A stretch of 64,000 bases of DNA from NCBI RefSeq assembly GCF_009914755.1, contig NC_060934.1. One strand, given 5' to 3'. The notes under the pieces are model-generated. The model made no database searches and was not told where the DNA came from. It worked only from the letters and a program-made list of their open reading frames with translations. Below are positions 52,831-64,000 of the stretch, in pieces. The DNA is from the human T2T-CHM13v2.0 reference genome, Homo sapiens. Positions within the stretch are counted from its first letter, which is position 1. The number at the start of each line of letters is the position of its first letter. A program made the translations under genes and the position numbers.

Positions 52831-55800
52831 CAGCGGAGATGTATCTTGTACATTTTCAAGGGAAAAATGTCTTTCTTGCTGTTTTCAAGAAATAACCTGG
52901 CTGTCTTTCTTCTTTTCTTTGTTAACATGCAGACCAAAAACAATCCACAGGACCCTTTTCATCAAAACAATAATGGTGTTTAGTACTTGCTACTTGCAAG
53001 GGCAGCCTAAATCAGGTCTGTGTGGCTGCAACACAGGTAATGCCCAGCGTGGACACAATAGTACCCATTGAGACTCTTCCCTGCTGTCCATCATTGTAGC
53101 TGATCCAATGTGACCTTTGACCACTTGCTTCTTCCGGTTCTGTTTCCAGGAAGAAACCTTCACTGAAGAAGGGCGCTACCATTACTCGATTCTCTCTAAG
53201 TTGTTCAAATACCATGCAGGAAACTGACTGTTATGAGTAAGACCTGGAAAGGAAAATGACACCAGAGAAGCACAAAGAATGTTGATTACCTGTTTATATG
53301 ACAACTGGACCATCGGCTTGTGGTACAGTGTTGTGTATTACTTCTTCTAATGCATCAGCAACCCCTCAAATGACCCAAAGAACATTGAAAGCCACAACCA
53401 CTGTTCAAAATATTGTCTTCCTACAAGTCTACCTGAAATTTCCCAGCATTGGGAGTTCCCATCCTTTGGGTAATTATAATGCTAAGTGTTAATTTGTCAC
53501 TTTGTGGTTGGGATAGGTCATAAATTGTGTTATTTGTGCATATTATCATATAAGCACATGCTAATTCTTCTAGAGTATCTTGGAATGTGGCCCAGAGAAC
53601 AACCAACCTGGGACAAGGGAATTTTGCTAAGAAACAGTAGGGGAAATTCTAAGTATGGAATGTGTATGGGGGAGAGTTGCTATAGTAGGAATGATATAAA
53701 TGGCAATAAATGGGATTATGCCAAGAGACAGAATGCAGCAGAATTAAAATGTGGCATCTTCATGGATAGGAGTAAGTTGAGAAGGAAAGGGAAAAGATAG
53801 TTTTCTGCCAGTTAAAAGGTTTGCTGATATTCAGCACTACAGTGATGTTTAGGGATATTTTATCCTCAAAATTGAGTCATCTTTCATGTAAATGAGTGTC
53901 CACCAATTTAATGTTTTACAAGATTTTCTGCCCAACACAATGAAACAGTGTGGAAAAGATGGTTCATGGAGCACTGTGGGAACAAATGATCGTGGTGGCT
54001 GCATATGGACAGAGATGACTGTGGCTGGTACCTAATATTCTACAAACTCAGCATCCTAAGGCAAGTGCCTCAGCTCTGGAGTGGCTAAAAAATACAAGGT
54101 AAACTTATGATCTGGGCAGTCATATGAAAGAGAAAATAGTTCTGTGGTCATGGGAAGTCTTCGTATATTCATCAAGTTCAGAGGTAGATGGACACCTTGA
54201 CAAGATAACATAAAAAAAACAAAAATATTTAAAGAAAAAGACGAGTGCCTGTATATGGGGCAGAAGATGCTGGCAATAAGATTTAACTGTTATTGGCATG
54301 CAGGCAGCGAATGAGAACTTAGCTCATAGGAAGTGTGAATAACATCTTAGTTCAAGTGGATTACCTGGATTAACATGCAGAATATTCTAGAAATAATGTT
54401 TATATTTTGTCACATCAATTACTTTAAGTCAACTTTTCCTTCTTTGTATTGGAATAGTTCTCTCAATGTTATAAATAGGAATGAATTTTAAAACTCTGGG
54501 ATAATTTCCTTTAGACAGGAACTTTCCAATTTAGGTGTTTGTGATGAGAGGGAAAAAGTCCTGCCAGTGGGCTTAAGCACAATATTTAGGCTATTCTAGT
54601 TACAGAGTATCAAAGTAGGTAAGAACTAATGTATATTATTTATTTACAAAGGCTAAATTTAATAAATCATAGTCTAAATCATAATAATTAAGTGCTACTA
54701 TAAAAGAAATTTCCCTTGAAGCGAGATAGAAATAAAATTTAACACCCAGGTAGAGTATGGTGTTTTAATTTTTATGTTATTACTATTTAAAGTAATCTTT
54801 TATGAAAAAATGTACTCTGACTTCCACCCCACATTCAGTTTTTCAGGCTGTGCTTATGATAGAAACAGCGTTTGGGGGCAAAATATAACTTAATTAGAAT
54901 AATAACAATGACAGCTACGAAGTCTTCTAAAATTTTTAACTAATTACTTGGGTTATTAGACAAAGAGAGAGAGAGAGAGAGAATGTGTATGAGAGAGTTT
55001 AGGATCTGAGTAGAGAATTCCTATTACTGACATACGTTTTCTAAGTTTTGCATGGACTCCAAAATAGGTCAGTAATTATCCCATTACCATGTTACATAGA
55101 AAAATGCATCTATTTCATACCTGATTAATTAATATCTACTTTGTGTCCTCCTTTCCTATGAATTGCTGATCTACATTTTATGACATCAGTCATAAAGTGC
55201 TCAGGCTGTGGTGTGACAGTGTCATGATGTTTTTGTTTTTACCCTTCTTGGCCTTTTAAACACAGGATCATTGTTCAGAGGGTCACTTAGAGCAATTTTG
55301 TTTTAATTAAGAGAGATCTTTGATGCTCAAAGAAAAACAGATTACATGAGTTATCTCCAAAAGTTACTGTATGAAACCAGGTTTCATTTATAGACTGTCC
55401 ATATTCCCCTATATTTTTACATTCATACACAATAGCCATATTTCCTTATTTACATAGAAAGGTTGTCTTCCCCAAAATAACTCTGTTTTCTACAGGGCTA
55501 TAGCACAACATTCATATTCTGTAGCCACATTGGCTACATTCTCAAACACAATAAATGTCCAAATGCCTCCAGTTAGAACACTTACCTCCCCTCCTCTTTT
55601 AAAAAACTTCATTTGGTGTGCTCACTCAGAATGATCCATTTTCAGAGGATCACAATAGAGTATAAAAATATTGGGACTTAATGGTCAACACATTCCTTGA
55701 AGGTCTAGAATAAATGATGATAATGAAGGTTACTATCACCAGAAAAGGGTCATATTTCGGTGTAGATATTTTGTTAAGTTAGGTTTAACCATTGCTTGGA

Positions 55801-56639
55801 AAATTACATTTAGCTGAAAAAATTAGGATCGCAACTCTAATTTATTAGATAAATCTTGCAGATTTATACTTATAAACATTTGTGTATATAATATAGATAT
55901 AGGGTATTGGTTTATCAAATATTAAAATGGAATTTACAATTCCATTTTGGCTAGTTTGGCCTATGGACCACTTTAGTGGACAATATTATGGGCTTCTTTG
56001 CTCTAGTTCATTCATGATACACAAATGCACACACTCATAAACACATAAATAATGGTTACTATAATTATTTTGCAATATCATCATTAAAACAAGCACTAAA
56101 ACTGTCATTTTACTAAAATGTGTTGGTCAAGAAACAACTAGTTGTAGAAGTATGTGCTACTGGAAGCATCTGTTTACTTCATGCAGATCAGTAATATAAA
56201 TAGATGAAATACTCTTAAGAATACAAATTGGCTATAAATATTTAAAAACTCTAACATTTGCCATTACTTCTGATTTGCTCCCACCACACTGTTGGGTCAC
56301 TTCTTTAGAAATATTTTCCAAGTAATTCTTGGTTTATATGGTTTACATGGCCCTCTTAGGTTTTGAAGCTTTTTAAAAAACAATGCTAATTTGTATCTGT
56401 AAGGATGCGTATCCATGCACTCATTTCACAAATATTCATTGGGTACCCTTAGTATGCTAGAAAGTTACAAATACAAGGGGATAATAAGAGGATGTCCTGC
56501 TTTTTGACAAATTTCTGTCTGGAGTAGACTAATATATATACAAAAATTATTATATGCTGGGATAGATATTAAGTTAGAAATTGCACTAAAGAACTACATG
56601 AATTAAGGCGCTAGAAATGATGGTGGGAAGTTAATTCCA

Positions 56640-57355
56640 AATGTAGCCATAATCCAACCATATCTGCAGTTAGCATCTTGACCCGAGACACCAACATTTC
56701 TTAACCTGGATTATTGATTACGTCCACCTCCCTACCAAGTCTCCTGATTGTACTCTTAACTTTGTACAGCCTATTCTTTGCAGGAAAGCCAGTGTGATCC
56801 CCTAAAAATGCTCAGTCACATCCTGTGGTTCTACTACCCATTTCCCATCAGCGGTTTCCCATCTCACTTGGAGTAAAAGTTAGAGTCCTTTCAAGACCCT
56901 TTATGGCCCTACATAATTGGTTTTAGAGAAATCAGGGAATCAGTGACCCAATAGCTGTGAGAGTGAAACAGAAATAAATGCCCACACCACCCCTCACTGC
57001 TCTCCACTCCAGTCACACTGGACTACAAGGAGCACATTGTGGCTCTAGGACTTTGCCCTTGCTGTTCCCTCTGACTGTAATGTTCTTCCCCTAGACAACC
57101 CCATGAAGTGCCACTTCAATTCATTCAGATTTTTGCTCAAACGCAACCTCACTAGAGAGGCCTTCTTGGACCACCCACCCACTTATCACACTCTACTTAC
57201 TTTGCTTTGTTTTTCTCTGTTGCACTTACCACTGCTTCACATATTAGATATTTATTTGCTTTTTCATTTATTATTCAAACAAAGGGGTGCCTTGAGGGTG
57301 CCTTGACATATAGCAGGCCCTCAATAAATAATCATTTTATGAATGAATGAAAGAA
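56640..57355 (+). mobile_element. L2 3' region
   Basis: ggtttcccatctcacttggagtaaaa, gctgttccctctgactgtaatgttcttcc, ctcaataaata..gaatgaatga. Confidence 0.8.
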
Positions 57356-58084
57356 TGGTTCTAATTCACAGAGGTCTATTAGGCTGTGTTTACAAACATA
57401 TTGTTGCATATTGAGCAAGATGAGTCTCTTTTATCAAATGAGTTTTCAATGGAAAGTTTTCTGCTCCTTTCTTTAACCTAAATCAGGCAAACAAATACTT
57501 CATTCCATTCCAGAACAATGTACAATGAGGAAGCGTGAGACAATGAAAATGGGTTAAGATTGAAACAGGAAAGAAAATGAATGTCAAGAAGTAGAATGAC
57601 TAGATGATATGCAACATGACATTGGATGGATTTGAAATGCAGTGTAAGCTTTACAGGGTTGCTTTTCCAATTATTTCCCATGCAACCAGCAGGCTGTGTG
57701 GAATTGGTTGTGGACACTATAAGTAATATAGATCAGAGATTATATTTGTAGAAGCAGAAGCTCTTTTCACTCAATTAAAAATTAATCAAACATGTAAATT
57801 CTTTATTATAACTCTTTTACACCATTTTACTGATAAGATATACACAAAGCAAGATTTAAGGAGAAATCTAAAGGAAGCATAATATTATTTATAAACTCTT
57901 CTTAGACATTATTAAATTATGGTTTTATCTCAAGATATGAATAGAACTAGCTCATTTTAAGTTGGTAACTTAGCATCCAGACTTTCTCAAAACTTCTGAT
58001 TTGATAATCAGAAGTAAGATAATGAAATTTTTTTCCTGCACTGTGGGAACAGAATTTATTAGTCTAATTAAGTAATGATAATTT

Positions 58085-58300
58085 TATGCAAATGCTGTTA
58101 TAAACTCATTACAGGCATTAACTAATTTACTTATCCTACAGCTCCATGAAATAAGTGCTATTATTGTCTCCATTTTAAAGATAAGAAAACTAAGGCCTTG
58201 AAAGGCTCAATACCATGGACCGAATACACACAGGAGTAGATGTGAAAGCCGGATCTTAGCTCAGGCTGTCTGGGCCCAGAGTTGATACTCTCTATCATTG
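58085..58300 (-). mobile_element. MIR
   Basis: ctattattgtctccattttaaagataagaaaactaaggc. Confidence 0.7.
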
Positions 58301-59344
58301 TAATATCTCTATGACAGCCATCCCTTATTTGTAAAGCTGCATATTTTTCTGATGATGGAGATAGTGCGCATGATATTTTTGAAGCTTCTTTGGTGGAACA
58401 ACTCTTTAAAACTCAGTCATTCATAAAATGAGGATTCGTGTTAACAAAAGGGAAAAAATGGTGTTATATAACTCTACAACCCCAATCATTCCCTGAAATC
58501 AGTGCCAAAAAACAAACAAACAAAATAAGCAAAAACAACATACTTTGTATAAATCCAAGCTACTCCCAAATGAAAAATATTTTCTGATGTTTAAGACTTT
58601 TGAAGATTTTCTATGAACACATAGTGTGATGAAAGAATCAATAACTTGGAAATCTGACATCCTGATCTCGATTTCTGCTATTTGGTCAATGGGCAATCAT
58701 TAGTTATGTTGTAAGATGGAAAAACTCCATCTTAGTGGATGGTCCAGCAGAGCCAATAGAGCTTGGCTCTCTTTCTGCTCTGCTTCTCCCTGACTATACT
58801 CATCTCTCTGGTCTTCAAATTCTGTGCTGTTTAAGAAGGATAGGAAGCCTGTCCAAAGGCAGATAACACCATTGAGGATAATCACCAATGTCTCTCCAAA
58901 CTTGGAGTTTAGTAACTTGTGAGATATAATGCATATGAAAGTGCTCTGCAAAACAAAGTGCTACCCAAGCATAAATGATTATATGGTAGAATGCAAACTC
59001 TGAAGGCATTTTTGAAAAGGAAGTTTTAGAAATATTTTAGGTGATCAGATTCCTTCTTGGAATTAGGGCATAGTCTCTCAAGATGACTACTTTGAAGCAG
59101 ATCAGACCACAACATTTTGCATCATTCCTGGAGGGGGGATTCTAAAATTAGTCACCATTTTATAGCTAAGTCTTATATACTCGGTTATATATGCGTTAGT
59201 GGTGTTTAGACTTCATGCGTGGTATTTTTCATATGCCATGTTTTCATTTGGTGATAATCATTCATGGCTTTTTCCCTACTTTATGTATTCCTCATAATTA
59301 GAAAGTATGAATTTAAAACTTCTTCTGGCTTCTATTTATTCATT

Positions 59345-59560
59345 AGGGCCAGATTAGGGTAAGGTGAGTGAGGCAGTCACCTTGGGAGCAATTGTAAGAT
59401 GCTACAAATCTCACTAACCAGGATACTAATGTTTTAATAAAATATTTTTAAAGCCCAAATTAATGCATATAATTAATGATGAACAAAATATCAAATGTTA
59501 AATAAAAACTTTTCCTTTTGCCCCAGGCTCCATCCACTATGAGTCAACACAGCACCATAT
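59345..59560. mobile_element. hAT-family element (MER96B-like)
   Basis: agggccagattagggtaaggtgagtgaggcagtcaccttggg.. resembles the recalled MER96B start. Confidence 0.5.
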
Positions 59561-59598
59561 TCACCTGTTCAATTCTATCCTTAAAAAGCATCAAAGTC

Positions 59599-59953
<355 letters not shown>

Positions 59954-61336
59954 TTAGTTTCTACTTGTGTGCTAAAAATATCAGCATATTTTCATGATAA
60001 TCACTCAGAATTCTTCCTTTGCCTTCTTGCTCCCAACTTGTTTTATGTGTACTTATCTCGCTGAAGGGTCAGAAAGATCCTATCTTCCTTGCTCTATGTC
60101 TGACTTTAGTGCTGTTTCCAAGTTTGGCCATTCATTCTCATTTGGTTTTAGTAATTTTTCAGACATTCCTCTTGACCTATTGGGCCTTGACACTTTTACT
60201 CAGACTTTCCTCAATCTTTAGATGTCCCCGGTTGCCTGGGGTAAGAAACTCTGTGTCAAGCCACTGTAAGCCCAACCCTGACTGGGCCAAACCCCTTGTG
60301 GAAAAATGGGGGAAATTTGAACATTACTTATTTGATGGATATTTAAAAATCCTTGGGCCTGTCAACACTCAACATTGGCTTAATTTACAGCTAAAAATCT
60401 TAAACTGTGGTTTGTAGCTAGCTTCTTTACTGAAGACTAAGCCTTCGCCTTAACCATCTGTGATGGTTTCTCTTATCTTTGTATTTTTCCCATTTAGCTA
60501 TTAAAGCAACTTTCAATGGTTTTTACTTCTTCTCTTGGACATTGTTTTCTTCTTCTACACAGTTTGGCAGACAACTGACAGAGACTGATGCCTTCTATTC
60601 ATCAATCCCTGCATATGAAAAGAATGAGTTCCATGTTTGTCTAGCAGTCTTTCTCCCCACCTTAGAAGAACTGGCAAATAGTGTGTGTATATGTGTTTTT
60701 TTTTTTAAATAGACTTTATTTTTTAGAGCAGTTTTAGGTTACAGCAAAATTCAGCAGAAGACAGAGATTCCCATATCCCTTCTTTTTATACAAATGGATG
60801 CCTATGCAATGCCCACATCTTCTTTTTTTCCCTTACCCCCTAAAGAACAAAGATGGATAACATAATATTGCTAGAAGACATACTAAACCAAAAAGATATT
60901 ATGATTATGAATGCATATACATCTATCAATGTAGGCTCAAATATGTATAAAACAACTGGTAGAACAGTGTGGAGAAAAAGAAAACTAAGCAATTTTAGTT
61001 GGAAGTTTGTAGACATTCATTATGCAGAGTGTTCCAAAATCTTACTGACATTTTACGCTTTCATGACTCTACCTTCAAATGCTACAAAATTACAAAAATA
61101 TCATTTGATCATATAATTATTTACACTGCTCTTCCACTTACTTTGTGGTTTTTGGAAAGTAAATTTTTAATGTTAATTTCTTGCGTGCCCTGGTTTCTGA
61201 ATGACATTTTCTCAGAGGATGAGCCAGTGAAGGAAGACCCGTTGCTGTGCCTAGGTCACCTGGTCTGTGTCTACTCAACTTTTCTGCATGGGGTCATGTC
61301 CAAAGTTTCTGTCATGTGTTCACTGAAACCTCATTC

Positions 61337-61636
61337 TTTTTTTTTTTTTTTTTTTTTGAGATGGACTCTCTCTGTCGCCCAAGATGGAGTGCAGTGGTGC
61401 AGTCTCAACTCACTGCAACTTCCACCTCCTGAGTTCAAGCAATTCTCCTGCCTCAGCCTCCTGAGTAGCTGGGATTACAGATGAGCACCATCACACCTGG
61501 CTAATTTTTGTATTTTTAGTAGAGACGGGGTTTCACCATATTGGCCAGGCTGGTCTCGAACTCCTGACCTCAAGTGATCCACCCACCTCAGTCCCCAAAG
61601 TGCTGGGATTACAGGCATGAGCCACTGTGCGTGGCT
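61337..61636 (-). mobile_element. AluS (Sx/Sz-like)
   Basis: Dimeric Alu. TSD GAAAC(C/T)TCATTCTTT at 61325-61339 and 61637-61651. Confidence 0.95.
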
Positions 61637-61909
61637 GAAACTTCATTCTTTGGAGGGTCTTGAGGCCAGGATTGTACATGCAATTATTCTTATAATTGAG
61701 CAGCAGCTGAGGAAAGTTTTAATGAAGTTTGAAAATCAACTAGAGTGATGTGTAGCAGAAGGCCACGCTTATGTTGAATTTTAATAAGAAACATATCAAT
61801 ATTTTAAAATATAAGAAGTTAACTTTTCAAATATATTTGATGTAAGTTAGTAGCACTTAGACTTTGAAATGATTAAGGTTTAAAAGTGCACCTAGACTGT
61901 TGGGGCTTC

Positions 61910-63830
61910 CTGAATAATCTGGATACTAAATCTCCACTTTAATGTGTGAGCAAATATTTTCTGCATGACTGTGGTTTACCTTTTAAGGTTATTTATTGTC
62001 TTTTGGGGGATATTTACAATTTTGATGTGATCAAATTTTTAAATTTTTATCATACATGTATGAGGAAGGTGCAGGGACTGATGTCTTTGGAAATTCTTCA
62101 GTATATTGAAATCATAAAGTTATTTTATATTTTCTTCTAAGAGCTGTGAAATTCTTTTCCTGCATACTTAGGTGTTTGATCCACCTGGAACTTACTTATG
62201 GTGTGATGTGGGGATAGAAGTAAACTTCTTGACTACATAATAGTCTGTTGTTCTACTAATCTTTTCTCTCCTTTTCAATGCAATTTCTGTCATTGTCAAG
62301 TTTATGTATATATGTGGAATGATTTCTGGCCTCTCTGTTATACTCAATTTGCATAATTTTTTTCTTGTGCCAATATTACCCTATTCTAATTGCTATAACC
62401 GTATAATTTTCTTCCTCCCTCTCCCCTCTCTTCTTCATTTCCTGCTTCCTTCCTTCCATTTTTAGTTGGTATATAGGTCTTCTTCTGACTGAATCATAAG
62501 AATTCTTTCTATATTCTTAATGTAAGTCTTTGTCAGATGTATGTATTGCAAATATTCCCTCCTGATTGGAGGTCTGTCTTTTTAATTTCTTAACAGAGTC
62601 TTTCAAAGAGCAGAGATTCTTCTCCCATTCTAGAAATTTCTCTTGTTTAAAAAAAGTTCTAATTTTGAAATAATTTCAGGTTTACAAAAATGTTGCCAAA
62701 AATAGTGCAAAGTTTCTTTATACCTTTAATCCAACTTCCCAAAATATTAACATCTTAAACCTGAAACAATTATCAAAATTAGAAAATTAATATTGAATAA
62801 TATTCTTAATCTATAGAACTTACTCAAATATATTGACTGGCCTACTAGTGCTTTTTTGCTAATCCATGATCCAGCAGTTTATCAGAAGTTCACTAATTTT
62901 TCTTATCTTTTCTGAGAACCAGGTTTTCATTTCACTCATTTTTTCTCTCTTGTGTTTTTACTATTTTATTAATTTCAGTTCTTATTTTGTATTTCCTCCC
63001 TTTCACTTGCTTTGAGTAACTTTTCCTAGTTTGCTAGTAGAACTTTAAAAATTCATTACTATACTGTCTTCTAATATAAGCATTTAAAGCAATAAATTTC
63101 TTTCTAAATATTGCTTTAGCTTTCTCTAACGCATTTTGATATATAATAATTTCTATGTTATTCTGTTGAAAATATTTAATAATATCCTTTGCGATGTCTA
63201 CTTTGATATATGGATTATTTAGAAGTGTCTTGCTTAATTTCCAAACATTTGAGAGCTGTCCAGATTTGAGAGGGAGGGGTGCGGTATTTATTTCCTATTA
63301 AATTAGTGTTTGTGTGGTGAGAGAATGTACTCTGTATGATTTTGATCTTTCTAGATGTGTGAGTTTAGCTTACAATTTAGCTTGATGAATGTTTAATGTG
63401 CCCTGGAAAAGCATGTGTATACTGTCATTGTTGGGTATATTGTCCTATAAGTGTCAACTAACAAAAGTTGGTTTTTACTTTTGTTCAAGTTTTTGTATGT
63501 CCTTATTGACTCTATGTATACATTTTGATTAATTACTAAGAGATGTGTGTCAAAATTTCGGACTGTAGTTCTGAATTTTTTAATTTTTTCATTTAGTCTA
63601 TAAGTTTCAGCTTTATGTATTTTTAGGCTTTGTTGTTAGATGCCACTTATACATTTAGTATTATTATATATTATTGATGCATTTGTCATTTTAAAATATG
63701 AAATGTCCTTCCATATTTCAAGTAATTTTTCCCATTCTGAAATCTACATGTTTATTAATATAACTCTTTTAGAGTTCATAGGATTTATTCTTTTCCATCC
63801 TTTTACCTTTAACCTATTTTCATATTTCTT
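61910..63830 (-). mobile_element. Mosaic of ancient L1M fragments
   Basis: ctttgtcagatgtatgtattgcaaatatt, gcatttaaagcaataaatttc, ttgtgtggtgagagaatgtactctgtatgattt. Confidence 0.75.
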
Positions 63831-63837
63831 TTCTTAA

Positions 63838-63968
63838 TTTTTTTTTTATTAGAGTCAGAGTCTTGTTGTGTTGCCCGGGCTGGTCTTAAACTCCTGGGCC
63901 CAAGCAATCTGCCCACCTTGGCCTCTTAAAGTGCTGGGATTACAAGTGTGAGCCACTGCACCCAGCCC
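63838..63968 (-). mobile_element. FLAM_C / Alu monomer
   Basis: agagtcttgttgtgttgcccgggctggtcttaaactcctgggcccaagcaatc...cccagcc. Confidence 0.9.
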
Positions 63969-64000
63969 TATCTTCATATTTAATATTGTCTTCCTATTTA

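Noticed and set aside
60999-61484. 161-aa ORF
   Set aside because: Runs into an antisense Alu and has no coding features.

Overview
Primate (human-like) genomic DNA, AT-rich and almost entirely non-coding. The only protein-coding sequence I can support is the terminal coding exon of LRMDA (C10orf11; OCA7 gene) on the + strand at 49803-49882, encoding (G)[25 protein letters not shown]. Positions 1-49802 are therefore the 3' part of its large last intron. A 3' UTR follows, with proximal (49918, 49942) and probable distal (52742) poly(A) signals, and the rest is downstream intergenic DNA. The intron contains repeat-free blocks rich in homeodomain motifs that look like deeply conserved non-coding elements; the block at about 16.5-16.9 kb is probably the transcribed ultraconserved element uc.291 (from recollection, not verified). 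There is also a strong CTCF site at about 40.15 kb. The remainder is a layered transposon record: Alu J/S/Y, L1PA and old L1M, THE1A, MLT1, an ERVL-class two-LTR provirus, MIR/L2, and MER5/MER47/MER104/MER96-type DNA elements. I found no evidence of a new multi-gene system. The most informative sequence-level observations are a reconstructable nested provirus with PBS and TSD, an L1PA2 with both a 5' inversion and a 23-nt 3' transduction, a tailless L1PA with a perfect TSD, and two short local copies that look templated from nearby sequence. Nearly all ORFs in the supplied track are repeat-derived or chance. Repeat subfamily names come from recalled consensus sequences, and old-repeat boundaries are approximate.
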